From Camelus dromedarius (taxonomy: Eukaryota): DNA of 64,000 bases. Shown here piece by piece: positions 33,730 to 45,621 of the stretch. Position numbers and translations under genes: made by a program. Within the stretch, counting starts at the first letter, position 1. Each line of letters starts with the position of its first letter. Under the pieces are notes generated by a model, which did not search any database, had not been told where the DNA came from, and worked only from the letters and a program-made list of their open reading frames with translations. The stretch lies in NCBI RefSeq assembly GCF_036321535.1, contig NC_087444.1, positions 36,208,001 through 36,272,000 of the forward strand. The letters run 5' to 3'.

Positions 33730-34668
33730 GGCTACCAGGTATTCTTTTTGGACTTCTGACACTAGATGTGTGGGTTTTCTATATATCAAACAGTTCTGCA
33801 ACAGCCAGCAGATCTGGTGTCTGCTACAAATTAATCAATTCTAATATTATCTACCTGGAGATGATAGCAACAGATTCCCCAGGTTAAGGGCTCAATTCTT
33901 TAAAAAAGCCGCCCCCGCCCCCGCCCACTCCCCACTTAAGATGCCAGTCACAAGGCCAGGTTGTTCCTGTGCTACTGACCAGCTGGCTATAAATCAGATG
34001 TTCCCACTACCCCCTCCTTGGGTTTAATTAATTTGCTAGAGCTGCTGATAGAACTCAGGAAAACAGTTGACTTACTAGATTACCTGTTTATTATAAAGGA
34101 TATAACTCAGGAACAGCCAGATGGAAGAGACGCAGAGGGCAAGGTAGGGGGAAGGGGCCAGAACTTCCATGCCCTCTCTGGGTGCACTCTCCCAGCCACC
34201 TCCACATGTCCACCAACCTGAAAGCTCTCAAAATCCATTTTTTTGAGTTTCATATGGAGGCTTCATCACAAATGCATAAATAACTGAATAAATCATTGCC
34301 CCTGGTGATTGGTTCAACCTCCAGCCCCATCTCCCCTCCCAGGAGGTCAGGCCTGGACTGAAAATTCCAACCCTCTAATCACTGGCTTGGTCCCCCTGGC
34401 AAGCAGCACCCTATCCTTAAGAGGATCTAGATGCTTTGCAAAAATCGCCTCATTAAAATCAACTCAGGTGTGTTGAAAGGAGCTTGTTACATAAATAACA
34501 AAAGACATTCATTTTACCTTTATTGATATGGAGATATTTCAGGAACTGGGAACAAAATTAATACAACAAAAGATGACTCTACGGCTCGGCTCTTATTAGA
34601 CAATTACAGGAGCTGTGTGACAGGGACAGTGGACAAAGACCAAATATATATTTAATCACAATATCACA
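33730..34668 (-). mobile_element. MER21-like solo LTR (ERVL/ERV1 group), same orientation as SLC7A6
   Basis: - strand begins TGTGATATTGTGATTAAATATATATTTGGTCTTTGTCC and ends with ...AAAACCCACACATCTAGTGTCAGAAGT, like the recalled MER21 consensus. 3' end approximate. Confidence 0.7.
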
Positions 34669-34717
34669 GGGAGGGAAAAGAGGTAAGCTCATTTCGCTGG
34701 AAATTAAAAACAGTATA

Positions 34718-34896
34718 GGTCTTTTTCACTCCCTCATCTTCGGAGACGGCCCGCACTCTGTCTATGGAGTGTGTACCTACTTTTACTTTAACCTGAGCAC
34801 ATAACCCTCACACCTCGTGGCCTTTCTCTTGCCTTTTAAAATAGCCTATACTATGTATCTCTCTAAATAAATCTACCTTTACTCAAAAAAAAAAAA
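34718..34896 (+). mobile_element. Retroposed, polyadenylated ERV-LTR (U3/R) fragment
   Basis: LTR-like sequence, AATAAA 34866-34871, A12 tail 34885-34896, TSD AAAAACAGTATA / AAAAAAAGTATA, TT|AAAAA target site. Confidence 0.65.
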
Positions 34897-35939
34897 GTAT
34901 AACATAAAATTTCCCTCACTTTTAACTTCCACTTAAGATGTAGAAAGCTGGAAAAAGTGTCCCTCCCACTCCAATGACAAGAAAAAGTCAGACAATCTAC
35001 AAAACTTAACTTTTTTTTTTTAATTAAGTGAACAGCTGCTTTATTGCTCAGAAGGGGAAAAGGAAGGAAAGTGCTCAAGCAGGGAGAAGGGAAGAAAAAG
35101 CACTCAAGCTGGGAGCCGTCAGCCAAGATGGCAGGTACCAACAGCTCCCTTGAAGTCATTAAAGAGCTGAGGTTACAGGCCAACCAACCAGACAAATTTA
35201 AGGAAAAACAGGTATCTCCAAAAGAGATGCAAGTTCTAGCTTACCTGCAGTGGAGGGACAACAATGGAACCGCCATACAGGCAGGTAAGAAGAATTCAGG
35301 TACAACTTTTAATTAATTACTAAAGGTCAAGTGTGGGTTAGCAAGAGCCACAGACACTCAGAGGTTCTCCTCCAGTGAGACTTCAGTGGGTGTTCACAAG
35401 AATTACGAGGCCAGAGAAAGCCTCTGAGTAGTGCTGGCCTTAAGGAGGAAAGCAGTCACTGCTCTGGGAAAAGTACAAAGGTCCACCTGCTCCCTCTCTA
35501 AGGAATAAAAATCTTAAGCCCCTGGGAAAAGGGCAAATTCTATCACCCTCAAGGCAGCAGGGGACAGGCCAAAAAAAAAAAAAAAAAAAAAAAACCCTCT
35601 ACACCTGCAAGGAGGGGCAGGAAATTCTGGTCCAGACCATCAGAGGTGGCAGGACCACCCAGAAAGATCCACCCACCCAGATCCAAGGAAACACGGCCTG
35701 CCTAAGACTGAGGTTGAACCAAGACAACAGAGAACCCCTCCATTCCTCACCACCAGGTTAGCAAGCACCCAGCAACAAAGCTGTGGGAGACTATGCACTG
35801 AAGCATATGTCCACAAAGAAGACCTAAAGCCCAGGGTTTACCCTTCAACAATCCAACCCTAAGGGCAAGGAAACACCAGAGGAATTTGAAACCACTGGTG
35901 CACCTACAGTAACCATAGCAACAAGAAAACACAAATGGT

Positions 35940-36077
35940 GGGGAGGGTATAGCTCAAGTGGTAGACCTCATGCTTATCATGCATGAGGTCCTGGGTTCAA
36001 TTCCCAGTACCTCCTCCAAAAATAAGTAAAATAAACCTAATTACCTCGCCCCTACCAAAAAAAAAAAAAAAAAAAAA
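35940..36077 (+). mobile_element. Camelid tRNA-derived SINE (Vic-1-like), nested in old L1
   Basis: Typical head, poly(A) tail, TSD-like AAAACACAAAT / AAAACCCAAAT. Confidence 0.9.
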
Positions 36078-36254
36078 CCCAAATCCAACTCATCTCCTAA
36101 AAAACTTCCACATTAACAGGCTAGCAAAAGAAGAGGTGCACCCATTTCCCAGAATAAAGACAATGTACCTCGGTCTCTACTATTCCCTGTATTACATCTG
36201 GCAATCAATAACAAATCACAAGCAATACAAAAAAGCAAGAACAACAATTAATAC

Positions 36255-36617
36255 CACATGATATCATTTATATGTGGAATGTTTGAAAAAAAAAGACAAA
36301 CGAACTTATTTACAAAACAGAAACAGACTCACAGACATAGAAAACAAACTTACGGTCATCAGGTGGGGAAGGGACTGGGAAGGGATAAATTGGGAGTTCG
36401 AGATTTGCAGATACTAATATATATAAAATAGATAAACAAGTTTATACTATATAGCACAGGAAACCATATTCAATATCTTGTAGTAATCTATGGTGAAGAA
36501 GAATATGAGAACAAATGTATGTATGTTCCTGTGTGACTGAAGTATTGTGCTGTACACCAGAAATTGACACAACATTGTAAACTGACTATACTTCAATAAA
36601 AATATATTTTAAAAAAA
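36255..36617 (+). mobile_element. 5'-truncated cetartiodactyl/camelid L1 3'UTR
   Basis: CACATGATATCATTTATATGTGGAA...GACTCACAGACATAGAAAACAAACTT...GTAAACTGACTATACTTCAATAAAA plus A tail. Confidence 0.85.
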
Positions 36618-39100
36618 GAGGCAACTTAATCATCGACTTAGCGATGATCCAGATTTGGAACTATCAGGGAATTTAAAATAACTATGATTAATCACATTAA
36701 AGACTGATGAAAAAGTCGGACAGCACACAGGAACAGATATGGAATTTCAGCAGAGAAATGAAAACCATGAGTCAAAATGTGAAAAAAAATAGAACAGAGC
36801 ATCTAAGAGTTGTAGAACAATATCAAATGGTCTAAGGTAAATATTAAAAAATGTATTTTTTGCTTACTTTTAATTGCTTTAAAATATTACAAACTGTCTA
36901 AAGCAAAAATAGTAGCAAAGCATTGTTAACTTATTGCATATATAAAAATAAAATGTGTGACAACAATAGCAAAGATAGGAAAGAAGAGTTGGAAGCTATA
37001 CTGTGGTAAGGTTCTTATGTGTGAAAACGATGTGATATTAAAGGTAGACTGTGATTAACTAAAGATGTATACTGTGAAACTAGGGCAACCACTAAAAAAA
37101 ATTAAAAGAGGTATAAATAATAAGCTAACAGAGGAGATAAAACATCATAAAAAATACTCAATTCAAAAATAGGCAGAAAAAGGAGCAAAGAACATATGAA
37201 ACAAACAGAAAATAGAAAACAACTAGCAAAGTGGCAGATTCTAATCCAACCATATCAATAACATGAAATGTAAGTGATCTATACACAACAATTAAAAGAT
37301 AGACATTGTTCAATCAGATAAAAATGCAAAACTCAACATATAATCTACAAGAAACCCACTTGAAATATAAAGACATAAATAGGTTACAGGTAAAAAGATG
37401 GTTAAAAAGCCACATAAACAATATTCAAAAGAAAGGGGGAGTAACTTAATATCAGACAAGAGACTTCATAATAATAAGTATTGCTAGGGATAAAAATGGA
37501 CATTATATGTTGATAAAGAGGTCAATTCACCAAAAAGATAATTCTAAATGTGTACTTTCACCAACAGCATAGCATCAAAACACATGAAGCAAAAACGGAT
37601 AGGTCTGAAAGGAAAAACAGTCAAATCCACAACTGTAGCTGACTCCAACACACCTCTCAGTCATCAATAGAACAAGTAGACATAAAATCACAAGGATCTA
37701 GAAGCTCTGAAAATGGAATGTCCCAACACAGTTCTTATCTAAGTAATTATGTGAATTTCAAGGAAAAAAAAATTGTCACCTACAAGAGGACCTACCTCCA
37801 TGCAGGAAGTTGGGGGCAGATCAGCGTTGGGAGACAGCATTCCAACAGGGAAAAACGCTGCTTTGGCTCCTCTAGTTTCACAATAGAATATCAACCTTAC
37901 TATCTGCTGGGTTGTTGGTATTAGAGCACATTTAGAAACCCTCCTTCAAGTGCTGCCTGAGGTCTTTGGGATCAATTCCAACCTTCTTAGCAGGGCCTTA
38001 TCATTAGATCCCCTGCTGCATATAGTCCCACCCATGGTCCAGTCACACTGAATTTCTTGCAGTTTGCAGAACCTGGAGCAGTCCAAGGTTTCCACAGCCC
38101 ATCAGACAAATACATCATTGCTCATGCTGCTTCTAACAACTTTTATCTTTTCTTCAACATCCTGGCTGCCATCATTCTCCAAATACCCCCTTGTGTCCCT
38201 CTGTGCGTGTCTCAGTCTCTCTCTCTCTATAACACACTGTCTCTAAAATCATTGTTGAAGACAATTTCCAATAAACAATTCTGCGTACCCTATAAGTTCC
38301 TATCTTGAAAAACTAGTGTTAAACCCCACTTGTGAGGACACAATGCAGCTTCCAAATAGGTTTTCACCCTATTTTCCAAACTCCTGCAGCAGATAATAAA
38401 GGAATTCACCAGACCACTAAAATCTCCTCATGAAAATTTCACCATGAAACTATCACATGCAATTTTCAAGGAAAAAAAAAAAAGGCTCTTTCAAAGTTCA
38501 ATTATAAAGAATATTTTTACAATCCAGATTTTAAAACTTTTATAATTGATGACTATGGAAGAAAAATTCTCTTGAGAAATACACCAAAAATCTTATCTGT
38601 GGTGAAAACACAGAGGATTTTTTTCTTTTTTATACTTTGAGTTTTATAAAATTTCCACAGTGAATATGCATTAATTTTTAATGCTTAAACTTCATATATA
38701 TATTTATTTATTGTACTTCTATCAAATAACAAAAACTATGTCACTCTTTACATTTGTCTTTTCACCTAGGATACCAGGAAATTCAAGATCAAATTCAGCT
38801 CCCAATCATACCCTCATTTTTCAACAGTAGTAGTCTTTTCTGTCACTTTAGTTTCCTTTCTTCTTAACAACCTCATTGCAAGTATCTTTAATTATAAACC
38901 ACCACAATTACTCTTTAGAAAGAGATAAAATATAATAAATATATAATTTATATAATATAGTGTTACATAATTATTAATTACATGTGAGCCAATCTCTTTA
39001 CTAGTATCATGTTCATACTGTACACAAATAACTAACTAAAACTCTTTAGAAATTGCAAAGATCCAAGAAAGCAAACAAAGAACAGAGCAATAATATTCAC

Positions 39101-39227
39101 CTGAGCGGAAATGCATAAACATCACACTTTCATAAGCCACCCCATCGTAAATGGTCGGGTACAGAGAAGAAAATGAAGTATCCACAGCCAGGCCTAATTC
39201 CACTTCTCCGTCTTGGCCAGTTAATCT
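39101..39227 (-). other. SLC7A6: Probable SLC7A6 5'UTR exon 2 (127 nt)
   Basis: Acceptor ctttgttgcag|AGA, donor TCAG|GTGAAT. Lies about 1.4 kb inside the CpG-island first exon and retains several CpGs in otherwise CpG-poor intron. Confidence 0.65.
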
Positions 39228-40539
39228 CTGCAACAAAGAGTGAGAGGCAACTTATCAAAAAATGAACCTACTAATCGGAAGGATGATATTTCCTTTTGTC
39301 AAATCTAATTTTTCCATGCCCGGCAGGGGTAGCACTCAATTACTGAGAAGTTCCATCACACCCACAGTGTAACTGAACATGTGTCAGAGAACTAGCCTGG
39401 TCATTTCAGATCATGCACATCTTGACAGCTGCTGCTCCCAGAGTCCCACATCCCATGAGCACCATTTGCCACTTGCGTCACTTTTAATAGAAAAGTATCC
39501 ACACATCCTGGAGACTACAGCAGGAAGCACAGAGTGCAGAGGTCAGGAAATTTCCTGTACCAAGAAGTGCCAGGGAGATCGGTCACATAATTGGTATTTA
39601 CTTTTGATCTGTAATAAAAATATGTCCACAGCCAGACAGGGAAGAAGGAAGACAGGAGAAAAATCAGGCTTATGGTTTTCCAACATGTTTGTCAGGAAAC
39701 AAAAATCAAATGTAAGCACTTGGATGACAATCTGAGACCAAAGCTGGGAAACAAAAAAAGCACACAGCAGGACCTTAGCAAAGTCGGCAGCCTGGGCCGT
39801 TTCTTCAGGGGCCTCCCAGGAGGCAAAAGAAAGTTGAAAATGATCTCAGAAAGCACTCACAGGATTTCAAAAGTCTGCTCCTCCCAGATCTTCAAATCAG
39901 GGAGCAGCTCTCAGAGATAAGCACCAGATGGCTGAGTATTCTGAGAGCACAGGCGCTAGATTCGCTGGCAGTGCTTTTTTTCCCCCATCAAGGGCAGAAA
40001 CTGAATTCTTTTCACCAAGCACACAGTCCAGTGCACACAAGAGGTACTCAAAAACAAATGTTAAATTTAATATCGATTCCTGCCTACAACTGACCATAAC
40101 ACACGTGGTGCCCAGCCTGTCTGCTCATTGCTTAGTGAAGAATTCTCAGAATGTTTCACCAGTATCTTTCCACTTACGGCAGGAGGCGATCAAACAAGAT
40201 GACAGGATATGAAGACACTAAAAAGAATCTTAATAGCAGGAGCACACCATCCTCTCCCTCCAACAGGCCAGACTTCCAGCCCAGCACAAGACAGTCTCCC
40301 CAAGGGCCCAAGCTCTGCTCCTGTTCACACATATTCAGTCTTGAACCCTCGGTCTTTCTCTCTTTCAGAGTTTTACACGCAGCACAGGTTCTTTCTCACC
40401 AACAGACTCACATTGGAGTACCTCACACAGTCTCTCTCGCGTTCAGTGTCGCACTCAGGGCCACTCTGACCGCGGTCTCTCTCACACCCACGGACTCTCA
40501 CAACCTCCCTCTGAGTCTCTCACTCCTGGAGGCCCCTCA

Positions 40540-41120
40540 CGCTCATGGGCCCTCTCGCGCGCACAGCGTCCCTCTCGGGCACGCTCTCACCAGCAGCGTC
40601 TCTCACGTGGCCGTAGCCGCGGCCCGCACGCCCCGCACGCCCCGCATCCCGCGCTCGGCTGCAGTGCTGCTGCCCCTGTCCCGCTCCCCCGGCGCGGGCC
40701 CTGGTCCCCCGCCTCCGGCCCCGCGCCCCGGTGCTCCCGCCCGCGGCCCGTTACCTAGTGGTGGCCCAACGCCTCCAGGATGCTCCGTCGCGCTGCCGCT
40801 GCCGCTGCCCCCGCCGCGACCGCTCAGGCCCCGCCCCCTCCACGTCACCGACCGCCGGATCGCGACAGCGCGCGCCGCGTCGGGACAGGGCGCGCGGCCC
40901 CGCGGAGAGCCCGCGGGCGGCCGCCCTTCCGGGCCCCAGGGGGCCGCCCCGGCCTCTGCAGTCTCGACGGCCGGGCTCCGACGCCCACGTGTGCGGGGAC
41001 AGCCTATACGCGCGCTTGGCGGCTAGCTCCCAAGGGGCCGCGACCTGGGCCCAGCCACCTCGCAGATTGGATGGCTGCTCCCCAACCCTGCAGTCTCGGG
41101 GCCTCCGAGGGAGGGGACGC
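40540..41120. promoter_or_regulatory. CpG island, SLC7A6 promoter
   Basis: Very GC/CpG rich. Multiple CCCCGCC boxes, E-boxes CACGTG at 40604 and 40986. Confidence 0.85.
40607..40700 (-). other. SLC7A6: Probable SLC7A6 non-coding exon 1 (5' end approximate)
   Basis: Donor CAC|GTGAGA at 40606 (alternative CTG|GTGAGA at 40590) inside the CpG island, with GC boxes upstream. Confidence 0.55.
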
Positions 41121-41979
41121 TACCGCGGGGACCTCTAAATGCCCCCCCCCAATTCGTTTCCTCTGTGGCCCTTGGCCTGGGCCGCACACCCAGGGGAAAC
41201 ACATACATCTCAAAGAAAGAGCTCTAAAAAGCTTCCATATCCGTTTCACAGCCAACCCTCTGCCTAGAGACCCGAGAAAGACACAGACTCAGGACTCATC
41301 ATCTCCGTTAGCTCAGGCCACCACACAAGCATTGAGGCCCCACAGACACAGGGACACTGTGGGGCTTCCAAAGCCAACTCCAGGCCTTCCTGGGGCTCAG
41401 GCTTGAGGAAGTTTTTCCGTCCTCATTCTGCCTGACCCATCCTGATGGAGCTACACCCTCCTTTCCTCTTCCTCTGGTTGTTCCTCCTCCATCTCCTTCT
41501 AGGAGTCCCCCTCTGCAACTCTTGAGACTCTGTGTAGGGCCTCCTGAACTCATTGGCAGCTGACCCATACCCTTTAGCTTCCTGTCCACACCTCAAGCCA
41601 TGATTCTCTCCTGGGCCGTGGAGTAATTTCTCCCAGACATGTGTTCACTAAATCACACACAAAACCCTTCTCCCTGCCGCCCAGTGACTCAGCCAGAGAT
41701 GGGCAGCACCCTTGACCCTTCCTCCTCCTGTCCACCCCCTAGGTCCTGCATCTCATGGCTTTCTTCTCCCCAGCTGTAATACCCTCCCAATCCCTGCTCC
41801 CTCTAACTCGTCCCCACAGGGTAGGAGGTCCCTCTAAAATACAGATTGAAATGACTTTGTATCTCCTCTGCCTCCATCCTCCACCCTATAGACCTGAGAT
41901 GGTGATCCTTGAAGAGTCCTCACCAGTGCTGCCCTCTTTGTGCTGCTTGGAATATCTTCCCTAACTGTGAATGAGAGTA

Positions 41980-42278
41980 CAGGCATACCTTATGTCTTAT
42001 TGCTCTTCCCTTTATTACATTTTTTTACAAATAGAAGGTTTATAGCAACTTGTGTTATCAGATGATGGTTAGCATTTTTTGGCAATAAAGTACTTTTTAA
42101 ATTAAGGTACATTATTTTTAGACATAGTGCTATTGCACACATGATAGGCTACAGCATAGTGTAAACAACTTTTAGATTCACTGGGAAACAAAAAAATTCA
42201 GATGACTCACTTTACTGCAGTATTTGCTTTGTTGTGGTGGTCTGGAATCAAACTGGCAATATCTCTGAGGTATGTCTG
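41980..42278. mobile_element. Tigger1 internally deleted derivative
   Basis: TA|CAGGCATACCT ... GAGGTATGTCTG TIRs. Confidence 0.8.
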
Positions 42279-42554
42279 CATGTATATACTTGGAGTCATT
42301 AGCGTCTAACGCTTTGCCCCTGGATCAGTTCCTCCTGCCTCCCTGGCCTGGCAGAGAAAGGGCTCTGGACACCTGTGTCACTCAATGGCAGCCAGGCCAC
42401 TTGTCTTTGTAACAGCAGCATATATGACCTGCCAGCTCAGAGAACCTCTGGCTTCACTGTCTCACATCCAGTTATAGCAGCCTGCTGGCAGAAAACCCAC
42501 CATGAACCAAGCACTGAATTAGATATTCTCAAATACCACCAATATTCCTCAGGA

Positions 42555-42690
42555 CCACCCTGCACGGTATATTTATTCATCACTGTTCTTCAGATGAGCA
42601 GTCTGAGGCTCCGGGAGGTCAGGAGACTCCCCAGGCTACTTGGCTGGAGCTGGTAGAGCTAAGACTTGAACCTCAGTCTGCTGGTCCTGA
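42555..42690 (-). mobile_element. MIR SINE
   Basis: CAGATGAGCAGTCTGAGGCTCCGGGAGGTC...GACTTGAACC core. Confidence 0.6.
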
Positions 42691-43732
42691 GGCCTGATGG
42701 CTCCATGTCCTTTCACTGCAGCTGTAAAATCAAGAATGAAAGTAGGGCTGAAATGGGTCAAAGGTGAGAAGGTGGCTGCAAGGCCATCAATAAGGGTAGC
42801 ATGAGTGGGTAGGTGTCAGGGCAGAGCTAAGAGTCAGGCTCATCAGGACCTAGGGAACCCAGGGATAAGGGTTCACTTCCTTTCACGCTGTCATCCTTTT
42901 TCCAAGGCCAGCGATGTGACTGGATCTATGTATTCCTAGGCAACTTCACCCTCTCTGGGCCACCCATTCTTCCAGGTTTGGCCAATAACTTGTGCAGTGA
43001 GTAGGTTTGGAGTGCCTTCTAGTGGCCCAGAGTGTATTGGCACCTGAAGCCCAGGCTGGCCAGGCTTCTGTGGAGGAGGCAGGAACTGGGGCTCCCATCA
43101 CCCTCACTGGCCCCCAGCTCTGGGCTCTGCACCACAAAATTCAGTCCTGGATCCCATCCCTATGCATGCTTCCTGTCTTGGACTCTGTTTCTCCATTTAT
43201 CCATCTCCATTTGGTCCCCAGTCTCAGTCCCTCTCTCTGCCCATCTTGGTCTCCCTCTGTCAGTCTCACTCTGTCCTCAAAAAGGGACAGATGGTGGGTA
43301 CTGACAAAGCAAAGTAGAAGGGTGGCATCCTAAAAAGAACTCTGGGTTAAAAGGATGCTGAGACCTGCAAGCTGAAGGAGGACAGAAGGCTGGGAAGGGG
43401 AGTCCTGTGGGATTGTCCTTGGCCCCTAGCTCTGGGGTGGCATTTAGGGCCTGTTGACCAGATGGGAGAAGAGGGAGGGGGGAGCTTCACTCCAATGGGA
43501 ATGTTTCAGGTCCTGGTTCTTAGTCCCAGGAGAGGAACTAGATTCCAGGAAAGGAGGCAGGAGGATGAAGCCCATAGAAGTACACAGGAGCCATGCTTTG
43601 GTGCTGAGAACCTATCAGGGTCCCAGGAAAGGTCAGGGTCTAGCCCCTGATTTCCTGCCTCTCTAGCCCCCTCACTCTTCTCATGCTTAGAGCAGAGGCT
43701 AAGCCAGAGGATTTTACAGCATCTGAAATACT

Positions 43733-43738
43733 TTTATT
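43733..43738 (-). terminator. AATAAA poly(A) signal, probable PLA2G15 3' end
   Basis: TTTATT on + about 1.37 kb beyond the stop codon; the only canonical hexamer I noticed in that 3'UTR. Confidence 0.65.
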
Positions 43739-45109
43739 GCCAGAATTGAGGTACAGCCTGCTCAGAGCCCCATGTGGGGCCCACAACTCAAGAACAAAGG
43801 GAGAGACAGATGCTGGGTATGAATGCAACAGAGAAACCTTGTTTCCACTCCACAGAAACCTTGAAGGACAGCAGCACAGTCCAGCCTGACTGTGGCTTTG
43901 GAGCCCCACCCTAGAAGCTAGACCCAAGTCTTGGCCTATAGCCATTGCCCACTTGGAGACCACTGCCACCAAGGCAGATCCAGATTCTCCATCCCTGCTA
44001 TGCACAGATCCATGCAGCACCTCTGGAGCAGAAAGAAAACCCCCAAGGGACCCCCAAGGCACCTGGCTCTCAGGGGCCTACTCAAGTTTCTGGGCTAGTC
44101 CCTGCTGACAAAACACCACTGAGCTGCCTGGTGGGGACAAGTGCTGGGCAGAGTAGGAAAGAGTCCTACCTCCTCTCAGCCCTGTGCCAGCCCACTTGAG
44201 CAGAGTGGGACTGTAGTGGTGGGTTACCAAGAAGGCAGCTCATGGCAGCTCGGAATGGCCCTGGCTGCTTCCTTGAGTTCTCTTTCTTCATGAATACCCA
44301 AAGGGCCATGGCACTGGGCCCTGCTCTCCTGCTTGAACCACAGTCCCAGGGCGAAGGGAGCCAGCATCAGTCTTGTGGGCAACAGCCCAATGAAGGAGAT
44401 CAGGGCTCCTGGGACACAGCCCCCAGAACCAGGGACCACCTGCTGCCCAATCTGAGCTAGGCTGTTCTAAGAGGTAAAGGAGGTAGGAGTGAATGCCCCA
44501 GGGCCTGGAATCCATGGAGAACACAACAACCCACCCCTGCCTGCAGGGGGAACTGGGCTGCCCCTAGAAAGCCATAGTCAGCCTATCTGAGCAGCTAGGC
44601 CACGAGGAAGCCAATAGCTCCAGTCACCCATGGCCAGCAGCAGGCTGACCTGTGGCCAGTGTGTGAGAAGGTTCACCCTAGGGACAACAAGCCCATCTTA
44701 GGGGCCACAGTTCAGTAATACCCCTCATAGGAAGGTTGAGGAGCCAGGGCCTGGTGAGCAAGTGTGAAAAGGCCACAGGGGTAGGAGGAACATATGGCCC
44801 TAGAGCTGGGGATTGGGGCTAGGTGCCAGCCAATCCACCTGCAGAGCCAGTCCTGAGGTCACAATTCCACCATCAGCAGCATTCTTTCTATCAAGGGTCC
44901 CTCAAGTAAGTCCAGACTACTTCTATCTTCCTCACTCGCAGAGAGGAAGGATAAGAAATAGCATGTCCCCGTGGCAGGCGTTTCACCACCCAAGATCCAA
45001 GGCCTTAGACGGTCAGTCATAAACTGCTAAACTCACGGGCCATGGTAGCCCCGCAAGCCAAGAGAGCAGCGGTGGCCGAGCCATCCCACAGCCCCACCTG
45101 GCACAGAAA

Positions 45110-45621
45110 TCAGGGCTCAAAGAGCACGCGTTTCAGATAGGCCAGGGTAGTGGCGTTGGCCAGCATTGCAATGTGCTCACTGCCTGGCAGTGCCTGAAAT
45201 GACACTTCGTGCTCCTGGCGACTGTGCCAGGCCTGGCACTGGAGGGCACTCTGCAAGTTCACAGTGCCATCACCATCACCAAAGCAGATTTTAGGGTCAC
45301 GGTCCGGGAAGCTCTCATAGTAGAAGGAGTCTGGCGTGGGGACACCAGTGCCATAGAGGCAGTGCAGCCGCACGCCAGGTGGCACCATGGCTTCAACCAG
45401 CCCCTCTGTGTCCTGTCGCATGAGCCAGCCGTCTTCGAAGCTGATGTCCTGGAAGAACCTGTGATAGTCCTGCAGCGTATAGTTGGCTGTGGGTGTGCGC
45501 ACGAAGACCTTTTCAGATGACCAGGTAGAGTTGTAGGGCAGCAGCCAGCTGGTGGAGACGGCAGACCGCTGCTGCTCCCGGATCTTCAGGCGCCCAATGA
45601 CTGGGATCCGGTTATTGTCTC
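45110..45621 (-). CDS. PLA2G15: PLA2G15 exon 6 ([10 protein letters not shown]...KRVLFEP*)
   Basis: Acceptor cttgcag|GA, stop TGA 45112-45110, 512 nt. Confidence 0.96.

Larger units (their letters stand above)
35330..37740 (+). mobile_element. Ancient L1 5' / ORF1-ORF2 junction fragment, interrupted by younger insertions
   Basis: A-rich L1M-type text (AAACAAACAGAAAATAGAAAACAACTAGCAAAGTGGCAGATTCTAATCCAACC, ATATCAGACAAGAGACTTC); no open frame. Boundaries approximate. Confidence 0.7.

Noticed and set aside
40607-40647. RG-rich uORF peptide (MRGVRGVR) as a PRMT7 substrate linking an arginine transporter to an arginine methylase
   Set aside because: It derives from a 9-bp GC tandem repeat. PRMT7 prefers RxR motifs, and gene adjacency is no evidence of a functional link.
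40151-41406. Long ORFs (291, 208 and 135 aa) over the SLC7A6 CpG island
   Set aside because: Pro/Ala/Arg-rich products are typical of stop-poor GC-rich DNA, they overlap in several frames, and none has a recognisable domain.
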